The notes below the pieces were generated by a model. It saw only the letters and a program-made list of their open reading frames with translations, was not told the DNA's origin and did no database searches. This document shows positions 27,387 to 40,300 of a DNA stretch of 64,000 bases, in pieces. The position numbers and the translations under genes are program-made. Source of the DNA: Octopus vulgaris (taxonomy: Eukaryota); assembly GCA_951406725.2 (NCBI GenBank), contig OX597837.1, positions 47,306,001-47,370,000 on the forward strand, given 5' to 3'. Numbering within the stretch: position 1 is the first letter of the stretch; every line of letters starts with the position of its first letter.

Positions 27387-28009
27387 TGATACAGCCATTA
27401 ATACAGTTGTACACACCTTGTTTGAGACTGTCTGATATGGACATTCAGTCAGTTTAATAATGCATTTGATACAGTTTGATACAATCATTGATGGAGTTAC
27501 TTCCTGAATTTGATACAACGGGAGATACAATACGATACGGTTATTTCGCTGTTACAGTGGAAGGTACAATGCGATACGGTCATTTCTGCTCATATAAGCA
27601 TCTTGATACAAGCATTGATACAGCGATAGAGTTTGATAGCGTTTTGCATCCAACTTGGTACAACAGACTGATGCAGACTTTCACGGTCACTGATACATTT
27701 TCTATACAGCCATAAATACAGTGATACAGTTTGATAGAGCCTCTGTGGTTGGTTATCTATGCAGTTTGATACAGCCACTGGTACAGATTCCCACAGCTAT
27801 TCATATAATTGAAACAACTTCTGTCTTCTTTCTGTCTTTAAAAAACACGTGTATATATGTCTCCTTAATGTGAGAACATCCAAGTCTGACGCAGCAAGAA
27901 AACGATGTTGACAAACCTTCATACATATAAGCTGTTGAGCTTTATGAACATTTAACCATATTTCTTATTCCGTTGACGTTAAAATGCTGTTCCGATATTA
28001 CAACAATAG

Positions 28010-28278
28010 TTATAAGGTTTGGGACTCAATGCTTAACGAGGTTATACACTGTCTGTGGCACCCGTTAACTCCCTTTACGTTCCAGTTCTCGGCTATGAGT
28101 GTATAGTTTCTGGTTTCTGAATCAATGGCTAACGGTGGTTGAACATCGGTTCCAGCAGTTGCAGCTGTTTCTTCAGATAGTGCTCTTGCATTTTATGGCA
28201 GTTCTAGAGTTTTTCATCCAATGCTCGTATGTGGGTCTACCATTTCACATCCTATCGTTGTAGATACTTGTACAGTTT
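28010..28278 (-). pseudogene. Decayed exon following the relic PTS exon
   Basis: 99-nt GT..AG intron at 28279-28377 with acceptor cttttcttttacag|. Starts E-TVQVSTT, like the N-TVQQTTT start of the intact PTS exons. In-frame stops follow; left end approximate. Confidence 0.45.
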
Positions 28279-28377
28279 CTGTAAAAGAAAAGCGAGGTTG
28301 TGAAATCCATAACAATTCAGCTGGGAACAATTTAGATGAGAGAAGACCAACTTTTTAAAAGATAACAAATTAATTAC

Positions 28378-30033
28378 CTGTTTTCAATATTGTTGTCAGT
28401 GGTGGTTCAATGCCACTTTATGATCCACTGGTATCAGATGATTCAGTAGTTGGAGATATTACCCAATGTCTATTGATTAATTACTCACTGGTGGTTGTAA
28501 CGGATGATGATGGTTACATTGAAGTGAGAGAGAAGTTCTCGTAGATGGTAGCTCAGTGGTTGTATTAGGGAACATTTCGTGATAGTAGAAGGTTGTTCCT
28601 GTCTGAGTAGCTGTTAGCTCAGTGCGGTTAAGCGATTAGTTAGTGGGGGGAGACAACAGTAAAGTTAGGATGGGCTATAGTTCAGTGGTATCAGATTGGG
28701 TTCAGAGCGAGTGGATTTTGTTCCTCGGTGGCAGGTTTAATATTTGTTTTATATAAAAAAATTGTTAACTTAAAAGAAAGAGATGATTGTTCAGTGGGGG
28801 TAGTTATGGGCCCAGGTTTAGTAATCTATTGTTCATGGGAGTAGGTGAACATTTGCAGATGAAGGCTGAGTATTGAGTGAAGGCAATGTGTGGCGAGGTT
28901 GATAATTAATGGCTTAACAGAGTCAGGCTTTACGTCACTAAAGGAGAAGATATCATCCAATGGGGCCAATAAAGACCCAGTTGTTTTGGAATGTAGATAT
29001 TCTTTTCTATTCTAGGCACAAGGCCCGAAATTTGGGGGGAGGGGGCCAGTCGATTATATTGACCCCAGTACGCAACTGGTACTTAATTTATCGACACCGA
29101 AAGGATAAAAGTCAAAGTCTACCTCGGCGGAATTTGAACTCGGAACGTAAATACAGACGAAATACCGCAAAGCATTTCGCCCGGCGTGCTAACGATTCTG
29201 CCAGTTCGCCGCTCTTTAGGTCGTAGATATTAACATAGAATGAGTTGTAAGTAAAGAAGGGCAATAACTCAATGAGAACGTGGGCGCTTGTTCAGTGGAG
29301 GTAGATGGAGTATCAAAGGGAAAATCGTAGATAATAGAGCAATATTGGGAGGGTATGAATCGGTAGATCATTGTAGAGTAGTGGTGTGAAACGGTTTAGT
29401 TACATTGGAGTGAATGAGTTTTCTACAGAAGCAAATGTGAGCCCAACTGTTCCGTGATGTAGGGAGTGGAAAAGGGGATCTGCGAAGTATATGTTAGATG
29501 CGAGTGCATTGGAGAAGACATGTACCTGGGGATGGGGGATGGGGGAATGGTGGGTAGATCAGTAAAACAAGGTGAGGAGTGCAATATGGATCAGTTCGGA
29601 AGGATGGAACCTGAATGATGGTATAAGAGGGGACGATTGGGCAATGGTGGTAAATGATTGGTGAATTCAGTTGGATGGTGGTCCAGTGGTTGTAGAGGAT
29701 ATTTCAATGGTGGTTGATGATTGTCCTGTGGGCGTAGAATACGGGTTTTTTCTTCTGTGAAAAGAAGATGGTGATTCAAGCTGAATAAAGATGGTTGTTC
29801 TGTTGTTGTTGATTTTTAAAATAGATTTGTGGACTTCGATGATTGTCCCATGGTGGTAGACAATAACTCAGTGACTGTCGAAAATATGTTAGTGAGTGTA
29901 GATGTCGCTGCAGTGGTTGTTGATGGTTGTTGCCCGGTTGGTGTAGGCTGTGGTTCTGCGGTGGATTGGGTAACTCCGACAGTTGTGTCTCCACTCTGTC
30001 TGTTCCATGCGCCGTACCATTGTCGTGGAGGGT
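28378..30033 (-). pseudogene. Decayed Ser/Thr/Pro-rich mucin-type exon
   Basis: Acceptor ctcttttacag| at 30033. Phase-1 reading gives DPPRQWYGAWNRQSGDTTVGVTQSTAEPQPTPTGQQPSTTTAATSTLT...NLF* (stop at 29816). S/T/P-rich coding continues through stops and frameshifts to ...PPLTTILKT-G|gtaatt at 28378. Interrupted by a SINE. Confidence 0.65.
29002..29222 (-). mobile_element. SINE with 9-bp TSD, inserted in the relic PTS exon
   Basis: Same family as 2960-3170 and 13970-14130. GTAGATATT duplicated at 28993-29001 and 29223-29231. Confidence 0.88.
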
Positions 30034-30124
30034 CTGTAAAAGAGCAGATTTGTGTTTCAGTCTACATTTCAAACAGACATCACACGTTTGCTTGATATTA
30101 AGAATGGTAGCAATGATGCATATA

Positions 30125-30425
30125 ATATTTAACAATCTTGAGAAATTAAGCTTCTCAAAACCAGAAAGGAGAAAGCTAATTCGAAGATTACAGATCCAAT
30201 CCATCACTGTAACTATAAATATCTATAAAAACCTTCCAGAAGTTTATCAGTTGAATGTATATGAGCATGTCTAGATATGTAGCTATATGCATGAGAATAA
30301 ATACAATAAACTTACAAATCTGCACATACACATAAACAAAAATATCCTGTTGTTGGTGTTGAAATTCCAATGAAGGAGCTTTGGATCTAGGGTACGGTCC
30401 AGTTATTGGCTACAAATCTTGAAAC
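30125..30425 (+). mobile_element. 3' fragment of the R4/Dong-like LINE
   Basis: Matches 22910-23260 (AATCTTGAGAAATTA..., GAGCATGTCTAGA...). Confidence 0.75.
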
Positions 30426-30960
30426 TTAGATATGTTTCGACCAAAGATTGGTCCAGGCCATGTCTAACTTAATAGCACTACCTGATAGGATTATTTGAAT
30501 CCTGTTTAAGTCAAGTTTGTTTATGGTCCATTCAAGTAGTGAGTTTTTGTTGGGTGAGTTGTATGCAATTATGGGTGGCTTATCTGGTATTCTTTGAAGG
30601 AATCTATCCAGACTCAGTTTAAAGTTGATGGGATCCTTTTCCTCTTTGATCTCTTTCGGGACAATGTTAAATAGGGCAGGGCCTGTTGAGGAAAAGAAAT
30701 TATGTTGCAGTGTACATGTATGCTGTGATCTTGAATTGGGCAGGGGACGTATGGCCCGTGGTCCCAGTCTTGGATGAACCTTGAAGCTAATGTTCAGGTC
30801 GTTTGGGCAAAGTTGGCGGTATATTCTCCACATCGTACAAATGATGTACCGCTCACGGCGACGCTGGAGAGAGTAGAGTTTCAAGGCTTTAAGGCGATCC
30901 CAATAATCGAGAGCAGCCATGCCTTCAATTCGTTTAGTGAGTGCCCTCTGGGGTGATTCA
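30426..30960 (-). mobile_element. CR1/L2-type LINE 3' fragment
   Basis: 'YWDRLKALKLYSLQRRRERY...GPALFN.VP....FKLSLDRFL' is the typical CR1-group C-terminus. Confidence 0.85.
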
Positions 30961-31223
30961 TATATATATATATAAAATATATATATAAAATGTATGCACA
31001 TGTGGTCGGATTCAGCTGAAAATATGCACACTTATGTTAAAAGTGCTAGCGAGTTTGCATGGCAACTTTGAGTTTGCTCAATTGAAAGACATGGCCTCTA
31101 GGGCAAAATTCCTCATCTTTCAAAATGTGGCCCACGTAGACCCGAATGAAATAGGGGTATAATATCGAAACAAGTAAACCAATGATAAACTATTTTAATC
31201 CCAAGCAAGACCGGGTATATCTG

Positions 31224-31720
31224 TCTAATTTATAAAATGAAGAAGGCGAACATTGATACAAATTGGATTTTTATATAACAAATGGTCTAAATGGGGCTGG
31301 AAGGGGATTAAAATTTACAGGAGGGGGTAACTTGAGGTGAGAAATTGATTGGGAGACGCTTTGGGGCGCTACAGTGATTGCTTTGGTGTTAAAATGGGTA
31401 TTTTATTGATTTATGAGGACACTTGGGGGTCTAGATTGAACGCCTTTTGCCCGATTTCAATCAAATTTTCAACATCGTAAAGTGGAAGCGGATTTGTTAT
31501 TTAAGCGCGAAAAATCAATATTTTTTATAAATTGGAGAGAGAGAGATAGAGAACGATAGGGAGTAAGAGAAAGCGAGGGAGAGTCCGAGAGAAAGGAAGA
31601 GTAAGAGAGGAAAAGTGAGAGAGAAAGACGAGAGAAACAAAGAGGGAGAATGTGGCGATAAGAAACAGAAAGTAACAACCACACCCTCACCCGCGCATAG
31701 AGCGGGTCACGTTAAGCTAG
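31224..31720 (+). mobile_element. Non-autonomous Helitron-like element
   Basis: 5' TCTAATTTATAAAATG; 3' hairpin ACCCGC-gcataga-GCGGGT 9 nt before CTAG|T. Confidence 0.6.
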
Positions 31721-32544
31721 TCAATGTACATGTATATGATGATTATCATTATATATGTCTATGTATATAATTATACGGTGGCAAGGATCCTCTAAATTCA
31801 CGGCATGCAATACTGTGATTATGATGCACTACAGAAAAGGAGACGAGACCATTACACAGGACGCTCCTCTGACGTCCAATAAAAACTTACCACCAGTTCT
31901 CGCCTCTATTAACGTTTAGTGCAGAAGCGATCAACTACAACAAATGTAATACCTTTCCAAAGGCATTTAAAGCACCGACTGCTGCCAGAATGGAGCAGAT
32001 CAACAAAAGATCAACAGTTGATCAACAAAATATCGCCAAAGGTAAAAGCAAATACTCAAACACACCGACAGAGCAATACTTAGGAAGAAATGCACGGAGT
32101 TACCTGTTCAGTCCCCTTCGGCAGGCAAAGCTTCGTACTTCTATTATTGCAGTGAACTGAATAAGCGGATTCAGTAATGATTCTTACTTGGATATTATGG
32201 AGACTACTTAGATGTATTCATGTAGCTATTAGTGTCTATGTACGAAGAGACCAGTGTTTACCTGTATCTAATTGTAAGACAGTGTTTTTGGAAATGGGTT
32301 TCATTCAACATCATTATTCATGTCACAACCTCAATATTTACGGTAATAGTTACGTTGAAAAACAATTCCATTCTGTATTTCCAGCCAAGGCGATTTCACG
32401 TCGACAAGATCGTCGATATTTCACTTTCGTTGAGATTAGATCAGGCAAGACACACCAATCGATGTCAGGATGGGAGAGATGTGAGAATCTGATCGATGCA
32501 AAAGGAATTTGGAGAGAAGATGTTGCAGAGACTAAAATACTCAC

Positions 32545-34335
32545 CTGTTGTCGTTGGTTCTTCAGGTGTGACTGTTGTCGTCAGTGCTGCTGCTGCTGCT
32601 TGGTTGTTCCGTTGTTGTTGTTGTTGTTGTCGGTGGTTGCTCAGTTATTGCTTTTGTTGGTCTCACATTTGCTGTCCTTCATTGACCAATTGTTGTTGTT
32701 GGTTGATCAGCTGTTGTTATTGATGTGTCTTTTGTTGTTCAGACGTAGTTTGTTCACTCAGATAATGTTATTGTTTGATCATTTGTTTTCTTCGTTGTTC
32801 AGTTTTTATCCTTGGTTGAAAAGTTGTTGGATGTTCCCTTGTTCAATTCTTGTTGTTGGTTGTTCAGTTGTTGTTGTTGTTGGTTGTTCAGTTGTTGTTG
32901 TTGTTGGTTGTTCAGTTGTTCTTGTTGTTGGTTGTTCAGTTGTTGTTGTTGTTGGTTGTTCAATTCTTGTTGTTGGTTGTTCAGTTGTTGTTGTTTTTGG
33001 TTGTTCAGTTGTTGTTGTTGTTGGTTGTTCAGTTGTTGTTGTTGTTGTATTGTTCAGTTATTGTTGTTGTTCTATTGTTCAGTTGTTGTTGTTGTTGGTT
33101 GTTCAGTTGTTGTTATTGTTGTATTGTTCAGTTGTTGTTGTTGTTGGTTGTTCGGTTGTTGTCGTTGGTTGTTCAGTTGTTGTTGTTGTTGTTCAGTTGT
33201 TATTGTTGTTGGTTGATCGGTTGTTGTTGTTGTTGGTTGTTCAGTTGTTGTTGTTGTTGTTCAGTTGTTATTGTTGTTGGTTGATCGGTTGTTGTTGTTG
33301 TTGGTTGTTCAGTTGTTGTTGTTGTTGTTCAGTTGTTATTGTTGTTGGTTGATCGGTTGTTGTTGTTGTTGGTTGTTCAGTTGTTGTTCTTGTGTTGTTC
33401 AGTTGTTGTTGTTGTTGGTTGTTCAGTTGTTGTTGTTGTTGGTTGTTCAGTTGTTGTTGTTGTTGTTCAGTTGTTATTGTTGTTGGTTGATCGGTTGTTG
33501 TTGTTGTTGGTTGTTCAGTTGTTGTTGTTGTGTTGTTCAGTTGTTGTTGTTGGTTGTTCAGTTGTTGTTGTTCTTGTATTGTTCAGTTGTTGTTGTTGTT
33601 GTATTGTTCAGTTGTTGTTGTTGTTTGTTTGTTCAGTTGTTGTTGGTTGTTCAGTTGTTGTTGTTGTTGTATTGTTCAGTTGTTGTTGTTGTTGGTTGTT
33701 CAGTTGTTGTTATTGTGTTGTTCAGTTGTTGTTGTTGTTGTTATTGGTTGTTCAGTTGTTGTTGTTGTTGTTCAGTTGTTATTGTTGTTGGTTGTTCGGT
33801 TGTTGTTGTTGTTGGTTGTTCAGTTGTTGTTGTTGTTGTGTTGTTCAGTTGTTGTTGTTGTTGGTTGTTCGGTTGTTGTTGTTGTTGGTTGTTCTGTTGT
33901 TGTTGTTGTTGTTCAGTTGTTATTGTTGTTGGTTGTTCGGTTGTTGTTGTTGTTGGTTGTCCAGTTGTTGTTCTTGTTGGTTGTTCAGTTGTTGTTGTTG
34001 TTGTTCAGTTGTTATTGTTGTTGGTTGTTCAGTTGTTGTTGTTGTTGGTTGTTCAGTTGTTGTTGTTGTTGGTTGTTCGGTTGTTGTTGTTCTTGTTGTT
34101 CAGTTGTTATTGTTGTTGGTTGTTCGGTTGTTGTTGTTGGTTGTTCAGTTGTTGTTGTTGTTGGTTGTTCAGTTGTTGTTGTTGTTGTTGTTCAGTTGTT
34201 ATTGTTGTTGGTTGTTCGGTTGTTGTTGTTGCTGGTTGTTCAGTTGTTGTTGTTGTTGTTCAGTTGTTGTTGTTGTTGGTTGTTCAGTTGTTGTTGTTGT
34301 TGGTTGTTCAGTTGTTGTTGTTGTTGGTTGTTCAG

Positions 34336-34367
<32 letters not shown>

Positions 34368-37300
34368 GGTTGTTCAGTTGTTGTTGTTGTTGGTTGTTCA
34401 GTTGTTGTTGTTGTTGGATGTTCAGTTGTTGTTGTTGTTGTTCAGTTGTTATTGTTGTTGGTTGTTCGGTTGTTGTTGTTGGTTGTTCAGTTGTTGTTGT
34501 TGTTGGTTGTTCAGTTGTTGTTGTTGTTGGTTGTTCGGTTGTTGTTGTTGTTGGTTGTTCAGTTGTTGTTGTTGTTGTTCAGTTGTTATTGTTGTTGGTT
34601 GTTCGGTTGTTGTTGTTGCTGGTTGTTCAGTTGTTGTTCTTGTTGGTTGTTCAGTTGTTGTTGTTGTTGTTCAGTTGTTATTGTTGTTGGTTGTTCGGTT
34701 GTTGTTGTTGCTGGTTGTTCAGTTGTTGTTGTTGCGGGTTGTTCAGTTGTTGTTGTTGTTGTTGTTCAGTTGTTATTGTTGTTGGATGTTCGGTTGTTGT
34801 TGTTGCTGGTTGTTCAGTTGTTGTTGTTGTTGTTCAGTTGTTGTTGTTGCTGGTTGTTCAGTTGTTGTTGTTGTTGGTTGTTCGGTTGTTGTTGTTGTTG
34901 GTTGTTCAGTTGTTGTTGTTGTTGTTGGATGTTCAGTTGTTGTTGTTGTTGTTGGATGTTCAGTTGTTGTTGTTGTTGGTTGTTCAGTTGTTGTTGTTGT
35001 TGGCTGTTCAGTTGTTGTTGTTGTTGGATGTTCAGTTGTTGTTGTTGTTGGTTGTTCAGTTGTTGTTGTTGGTTGTTCAGTTGTTGTTGTTGTTGGTTGT
35101 TCAGTTGTTGTTGTTGGTTGTTCAGTTGTTGTTGTTGTTGGTTGTTCAGTTGTTGTTGTTGTTGGTTGTTCAGTTGTTGTTGTTGTTGTTGTTCAGTTGT
35201 TGTTGTTGTTGGTTGGTCAGTTGCTGTTGTTGTTGATGTTGTTGGATGTTCAGTTGTTGTTGTTATTGGTTGTTCAGTTGTTGTTGTTGTTGGTTATTCA
35301 GTTGTTGTTGTTGTTGGATGTTCAGTTGTTGTTGTTGGATGTTCAGTTGTTGTTGTTGGTTGTTCAGTTGTTGTTGTTGTTGTTGGATGTTCAGTTGTTG
35401 TTGTTGTTGGTTGTTCAGTTGTTGTTGTTGTTGGTTGTTCAGTTGTTGTTGTTGTTGATGTTCAGTTGTTGTTGTTGTTGGATCTTCTGTTGTTGTTGTT
35501 GTTGGATGTTAAGTTGTTGTTGTTGTTGGATGTTCTGTTGTTGTTGTTGCGGGATGTTCAGTTGTTGTTGTTGTTGGTTGTTCAGTTGTTGTTGTTGTTG
35601 GATGTTCAGTTGTTGTTGTTGTTGGATGTTCAGTTGTTGTTGTTGTTGGTTGTGCTGTTGTTCTTGTTGTTGTTGGATGTTCAGTTGTTGTTGTTGTTGG
35701 TTGTTCAGTTGTTGTTGTTGTTAGATGTTCAGTTGTTGTTGTTGTTGGTTGTTCAGTTGTTGTTGTTGGATGTTCAGTTGTTGTTGTTGCTTGATGTTCA
35801 GTTGTTGTTGTTGTTGGTTCTTCAGTTGTTGTTGTTGTTGGTTGTTCAGTTGTTATTGTTGTTGGTTGTTCTGTTGTTGTTGTTGTTGGATGTTCAGTTG
35901 TTGTTGTTGTTGGTTGTTCAGTTGTTGTTGTTGTTGTTGTTCAGTTGTTGTTGTTGTTGGTTGTTCAGTTGTTGTTGTTGTTGTTGGTTGTTCAGTTGTT
36001 GTTGTTGTTGGTTGTTCAGTTGTTGTTGTTGTTGGATGTTCAATTGTTGTTGTTGTTGGTTGTTCTGTTGTTGTTGTTGTTGTTGTTGGATGTTCAGTTG
36101 TTGTTATTGTTCGTTGTTCAGTTGTTGTTGTTGTTGGATGTTCAGTTGTTGTTGTTGTTGGTTGTTCAGTTGTTGTTGTTGTTGGTTGTTAAGTTGTTGT
36201 TGTTGCTGGATGTTCAGTTGTTGTTGTTGTTGGTTGTTGTTGTTGTTGTTGGTTGTTCATGTTGTGTTGTTGTTGGATGTTCAGTTGTTGTTGTTGTTGG
36301 TTGTTCAGTTGTTGTTGTTGTTGGATGTTCAGTTGTTGTTGTTGTTGGTTGTTCTGTTGTTGTTGGATGTTCAGTTGTTGTTGTTGTTGGTTGTTCAGTT
36401 GTTGTTGTTGTTGGTTGTTCTGTTGTTGTTGTTGTTGTTGGATGTTCAGTTGTTGTTGTTGTTGGTTGTTCAGTTGTTGTTGTTGTTGTTGTGTTGTTGT
36501 TGTTGTTGGTTGTCCAGTTGTTGTTGTTGTTAGATGTTCTGTTGTTGTTGTTGTTGGATGTTCAGTTGTTGTTGTTGTTGGTTGTTCAGTTGTTGTTGTT
36601 GTTGGATGTTCAGTTGTTGTTGTTATTGGATGTTCAGTTGTTGTTGTTGTTGAATGTTCAGTTGTTGTTGTTGCTGGATCTTCTGTTGTAGTTGTTGGTT
36701 GTTCTGTTGTTGTTGTTGTTGGTTGTTCTGTTGTTGTTGTTGTTTGTTGTTCAGTTGTTGTTGTTGTTGGTTGTTCAGTTGTTGTTGTTGTTGGATGTTC
36801 AGTTGTTGTTGTTGTTGGATGTTCAGTTGTTGTTGTTTTTGGATGTTCAGTTGTTGTTGTTGTTGGTTGTTCAGTTGTTGTTGTTGTTGGATGTTCTGTT
36901 GTTGTTGTTGTTGTTGGATGTTCAGTTGTTGTTGTTGTTGGATGTTCAGTTGTTGTTGTTCTTGGCTGTTCAGTTGTTGTTGTTGTTGGATGTTCAGTTG
37001 TTGTTGTTGTTGGATGTTCAGTTGTTGTTGTTGTTGGATGTTCAGTTGTTGTTGTTGTTGGTTGTTCAGTTGTTGTTGTTGTTGGATGTTCAGTTGTTGT
37101 TGTTGCTGGATGTTCAGTTGTTGTTGTTGTTGTTGACTGTTCAGTTGTTGTTGTTGTTGGATGTACAGTTGTTGTTGTTGTTGGATGTTCATTTGTTGTT
37201 GTTGTTAGTTGTTCAGTTGTTGTTGTTGTTGGTTGTTCAGTTGTTGTTGTTGTTGGATGTTCAGTTGTTGTTGTTGTTGGATGTTCAGTTGTTGTTGTTG

Positions 37301-40300
37301 TTGTTGTTGGATGTTCAGTTGTTGTTGTTGTTGGTTGTTCAGTTGTTGTTGTTGTTGGATGTTCAGTTGTTGTTGTTGTTGGATGTTCAGTTGTTGTTGT
37401 TGTTGGATGTTCAGTTGTTGTTGTTGTTGGATGTTCAGTTGTTGTTGTTGTTGTTCAGTTGTTATTGTTGTTGGTTGTTCAGTTGTTGTTGTTGTTGGTT
37501 GTTCAGTTGTTGTTGTTGTTGTTGGTTGTTCAGTTGTTGTTGTTGTTGTTGGATGTTCAGTTGTTGTTGTTGTTGGATGTTCAGTTGTTGTTGTTGTTGG
37601 TTGTTCAGTTGTTGTTGTTGGTTGTTCAGTTGTTGTTGTTGTTGGATGTTCTGTTGTTGTTGTTGTTGGTTGTTCAGTTGTTGTTGTTGTTGGTTGTTCA
37701 GTTGTTGTTGTTGTTGGATGTTCTGTTGTTGTTGTTGTTGGATGTTCAGTTGTTGTTGTTGTTGGATGTTCAGTTGTTGTTGTTGTTGATGTTCAGTTGT
37801 TGTTGTTGTTGGATGTTCAGTTGTTGTTGTTGTTGGTTGTTCAGTTGTTGTTGTTGTTGGTTGTTCAGTTGTTGTTGTTGTTGGATGTTCTGTTGTTGTT
37901 GTTGTTGGATTTTCAGTTGTTGTTGGTTGTTCAGTTGTTGTTGTTGTTGGTTGTTCAGTTGTTGTTGTTGTTGGATGTTCTGTTGTTGTTGTTGTTGGAT
38001 GTTCAGTTGTTGTTGGTTGTTCAGTTGTTGTTGTTGTTGGTTGTTCAGTTGTTGTTGTTGTTGGATGTTCTGTTGTTGTTGTTGTTGTTCAGTTGTTGTT
38101 GTTGTTGGTTGTTCAGTTGTTGTTGTTGTTGGATGTTCTGTTGTTGTTGTTGTTGGATGTTCAGTTGTTGTTGTTCTTGGCTGTTCAGTTGTTGTTGTTG
38201 TTGGTTGTTCAGTTGTTGTTGTTGTTGGATGTTCAGTTGTTGTTGTTGTTGGTTGTTCAGTTGTTGTTGTTGTTGGATTGTTCAGTTGTTGTTGTTGTTG
38301 GATGTTCAGTTGTTGTTGTTGTTGTTGTTGGATGTTCAGTTGTTGTTGTTGTTGGATGTTCAGTTGTTGTTGTTGTTGGTTGTTCAGTTGTTGTTGTTGT
38401 TGGATGTTCTGTTGTTGTTGTTGTTGGATGTTCAGTTGTTGTTGTTGTTGTTGTTCAGTTGTTGTTGTTGTTGGATGTTCAGTTGTTGTTGTTGTTGGAT
38501 GTTCAGTTGTTGTTGTTGTTGGATGTTCTGTTGTTGTTGTTGTTGGTTGTTCAGTTGTTGTTGTTGTTGTTGGATGTTCAGTTGTTGTTGTTGTTGGATG
38601 TTCAGTTGTTGTTGTTGTTGGATGTTCAGTTGTTGTTGTTGGTTGTTCAGTTGTTGTTGTTGTTGTTCAGTTGTTGTTGTTGTTGGATGTTCAGTTGTTG
38701 TTGTTGTTGGATGTTCAGTTGTTGTTGTTGGTTGTTCAGTTGTTGTTGTTGCTGGATGTTCAGTTGTTGTTGTTGTTGGATGTTCAGTTGTTGTTGTTGT
38801 TGGATGTACAGTTCTTGTTGTTGTTGGATGTTCTGTTTTTGTCGTCGTTGGAAGTTCAGTTGTTATTGTTGTTGGATGTTCAGTTGTTGTTGTTGTTGGT
38901 TGTTCAGTTGTTGTTTTTGCTGGATGTTCAATTGTTGTTGTTGTTGGATGTTCAGTTGTTGTTGTTGTTGGATGTTCAGTTGTTGTTGTTGTTGGTTGTT
39001 CAGTTGTTGTTGTTGTTGGATTTTCAGTTGTTGTTGTTGTTGGATGTTCAGTTGTTGTTGTTGTTGGTTGTTCAGTTGTTGTTGTTGTTGGTTGTTCAGT
39101 TGTTGTTGTTGTTGTTCAGTTGTTGTTGTTGTTGGATGTTCAGTTGTTGTTGTTGTTGGTTTTTCAGTTGTTGTTGTTGTTGGATGTTCTGTTGTTGTTG
39201 TTGGATGTTCTGTTGTTGTTGTTGTGGGTTGTTCAGTTGTTGTTGTTGCTGGATGTTCAGTTGTTGTTGTTGGATGTTCAGTTGTTGTTGTTGTTGGATG
39301 TTCAGTTGTTGTTGTTGTTGGATGTTCAGTTGTTGTTGTTGTTGGATGTTCAGTTGTTGTTGTTGGGTGTTCAGTTGTTGTTGTTGTTGGTTGTTCAGTT
39401 GTTGTTGTTGTTGGTTGTTCAGTTGTTGTTGTTGTTGGATGTTCAATTGTTGTTGTTGTTGGTTGTTCTGTTGTTGTTGTTGTTGTTGTTGGATGTTCAG
39501 TTGTTGTTATTGTTCGTTGTTCAGTTGTTGTTGTTGTTGGATGTTCAGTTGTTGTTGTTGTTGGATGTTCAGTTGTTGTTGTTGTTGGATGTTCAGTTGT
39601 TGTTGTTGGATGTTCAGTTGTTGTTGTTGTTGGATGTTCAGTTGTTGTTGTTGTTGGTTGTTCAGTTGTTGTTGTTGTTGGATGTTCAGTTGTTGTTGTT
39701 GTTGGATGTTCAGTTGTTGTTGTTGTTGGTTGTTCAGTTGTTGTTGTTGTTGGATGTTCAGTTGTTGTTGTTGTTGGATGTTCAGTTGTTGTTGTTGTTG
39801 GATGTTCAGTTGTTGTTGTTGTTGTTGTTCAGTTGTTGTTGTTGCTGGATGTTCAGTTGTTGTTGTTGTTGGATGTTCAGTTGTTGTTGTTGTTGGTTGT
39901 TCAGTTGTTGTTGTTGCTGGATGTTCAGTTGTTGTTGTTGTTGGATGTTCAGTTGTTGTTGTTAGTTGTTCAGTTGTTGTTGTTGTTGGTTGTTCAGTTG
40001 TTGTTGTTGTTGGATGTTCTGTTGTTGTTGTTGCTGGATGTTCAGTTGTTGTTGTTGTTGTTGGATGTTCAGTTGTTGTTGTTGTTGGATGTTCAGTTGT
40101 TGTTGTTGTTGGTTGTTCAGTTGTTGTTGTTGTTGGTTGTTCAGTTGTTGTTGTTGTTGGATGTTCTGTTGTTGTTGTTGCTGGATGTTCAGTTGTTGTT
40201 GTTGTTGTTGACTGTTCAGTTGTTGTTGTTGTTGGATGTACAGTTGTTGTTGTTGTTGGATGTTCATTTGTTGTTGTTGTTGGTTGTTCAGTTGTTGTTG

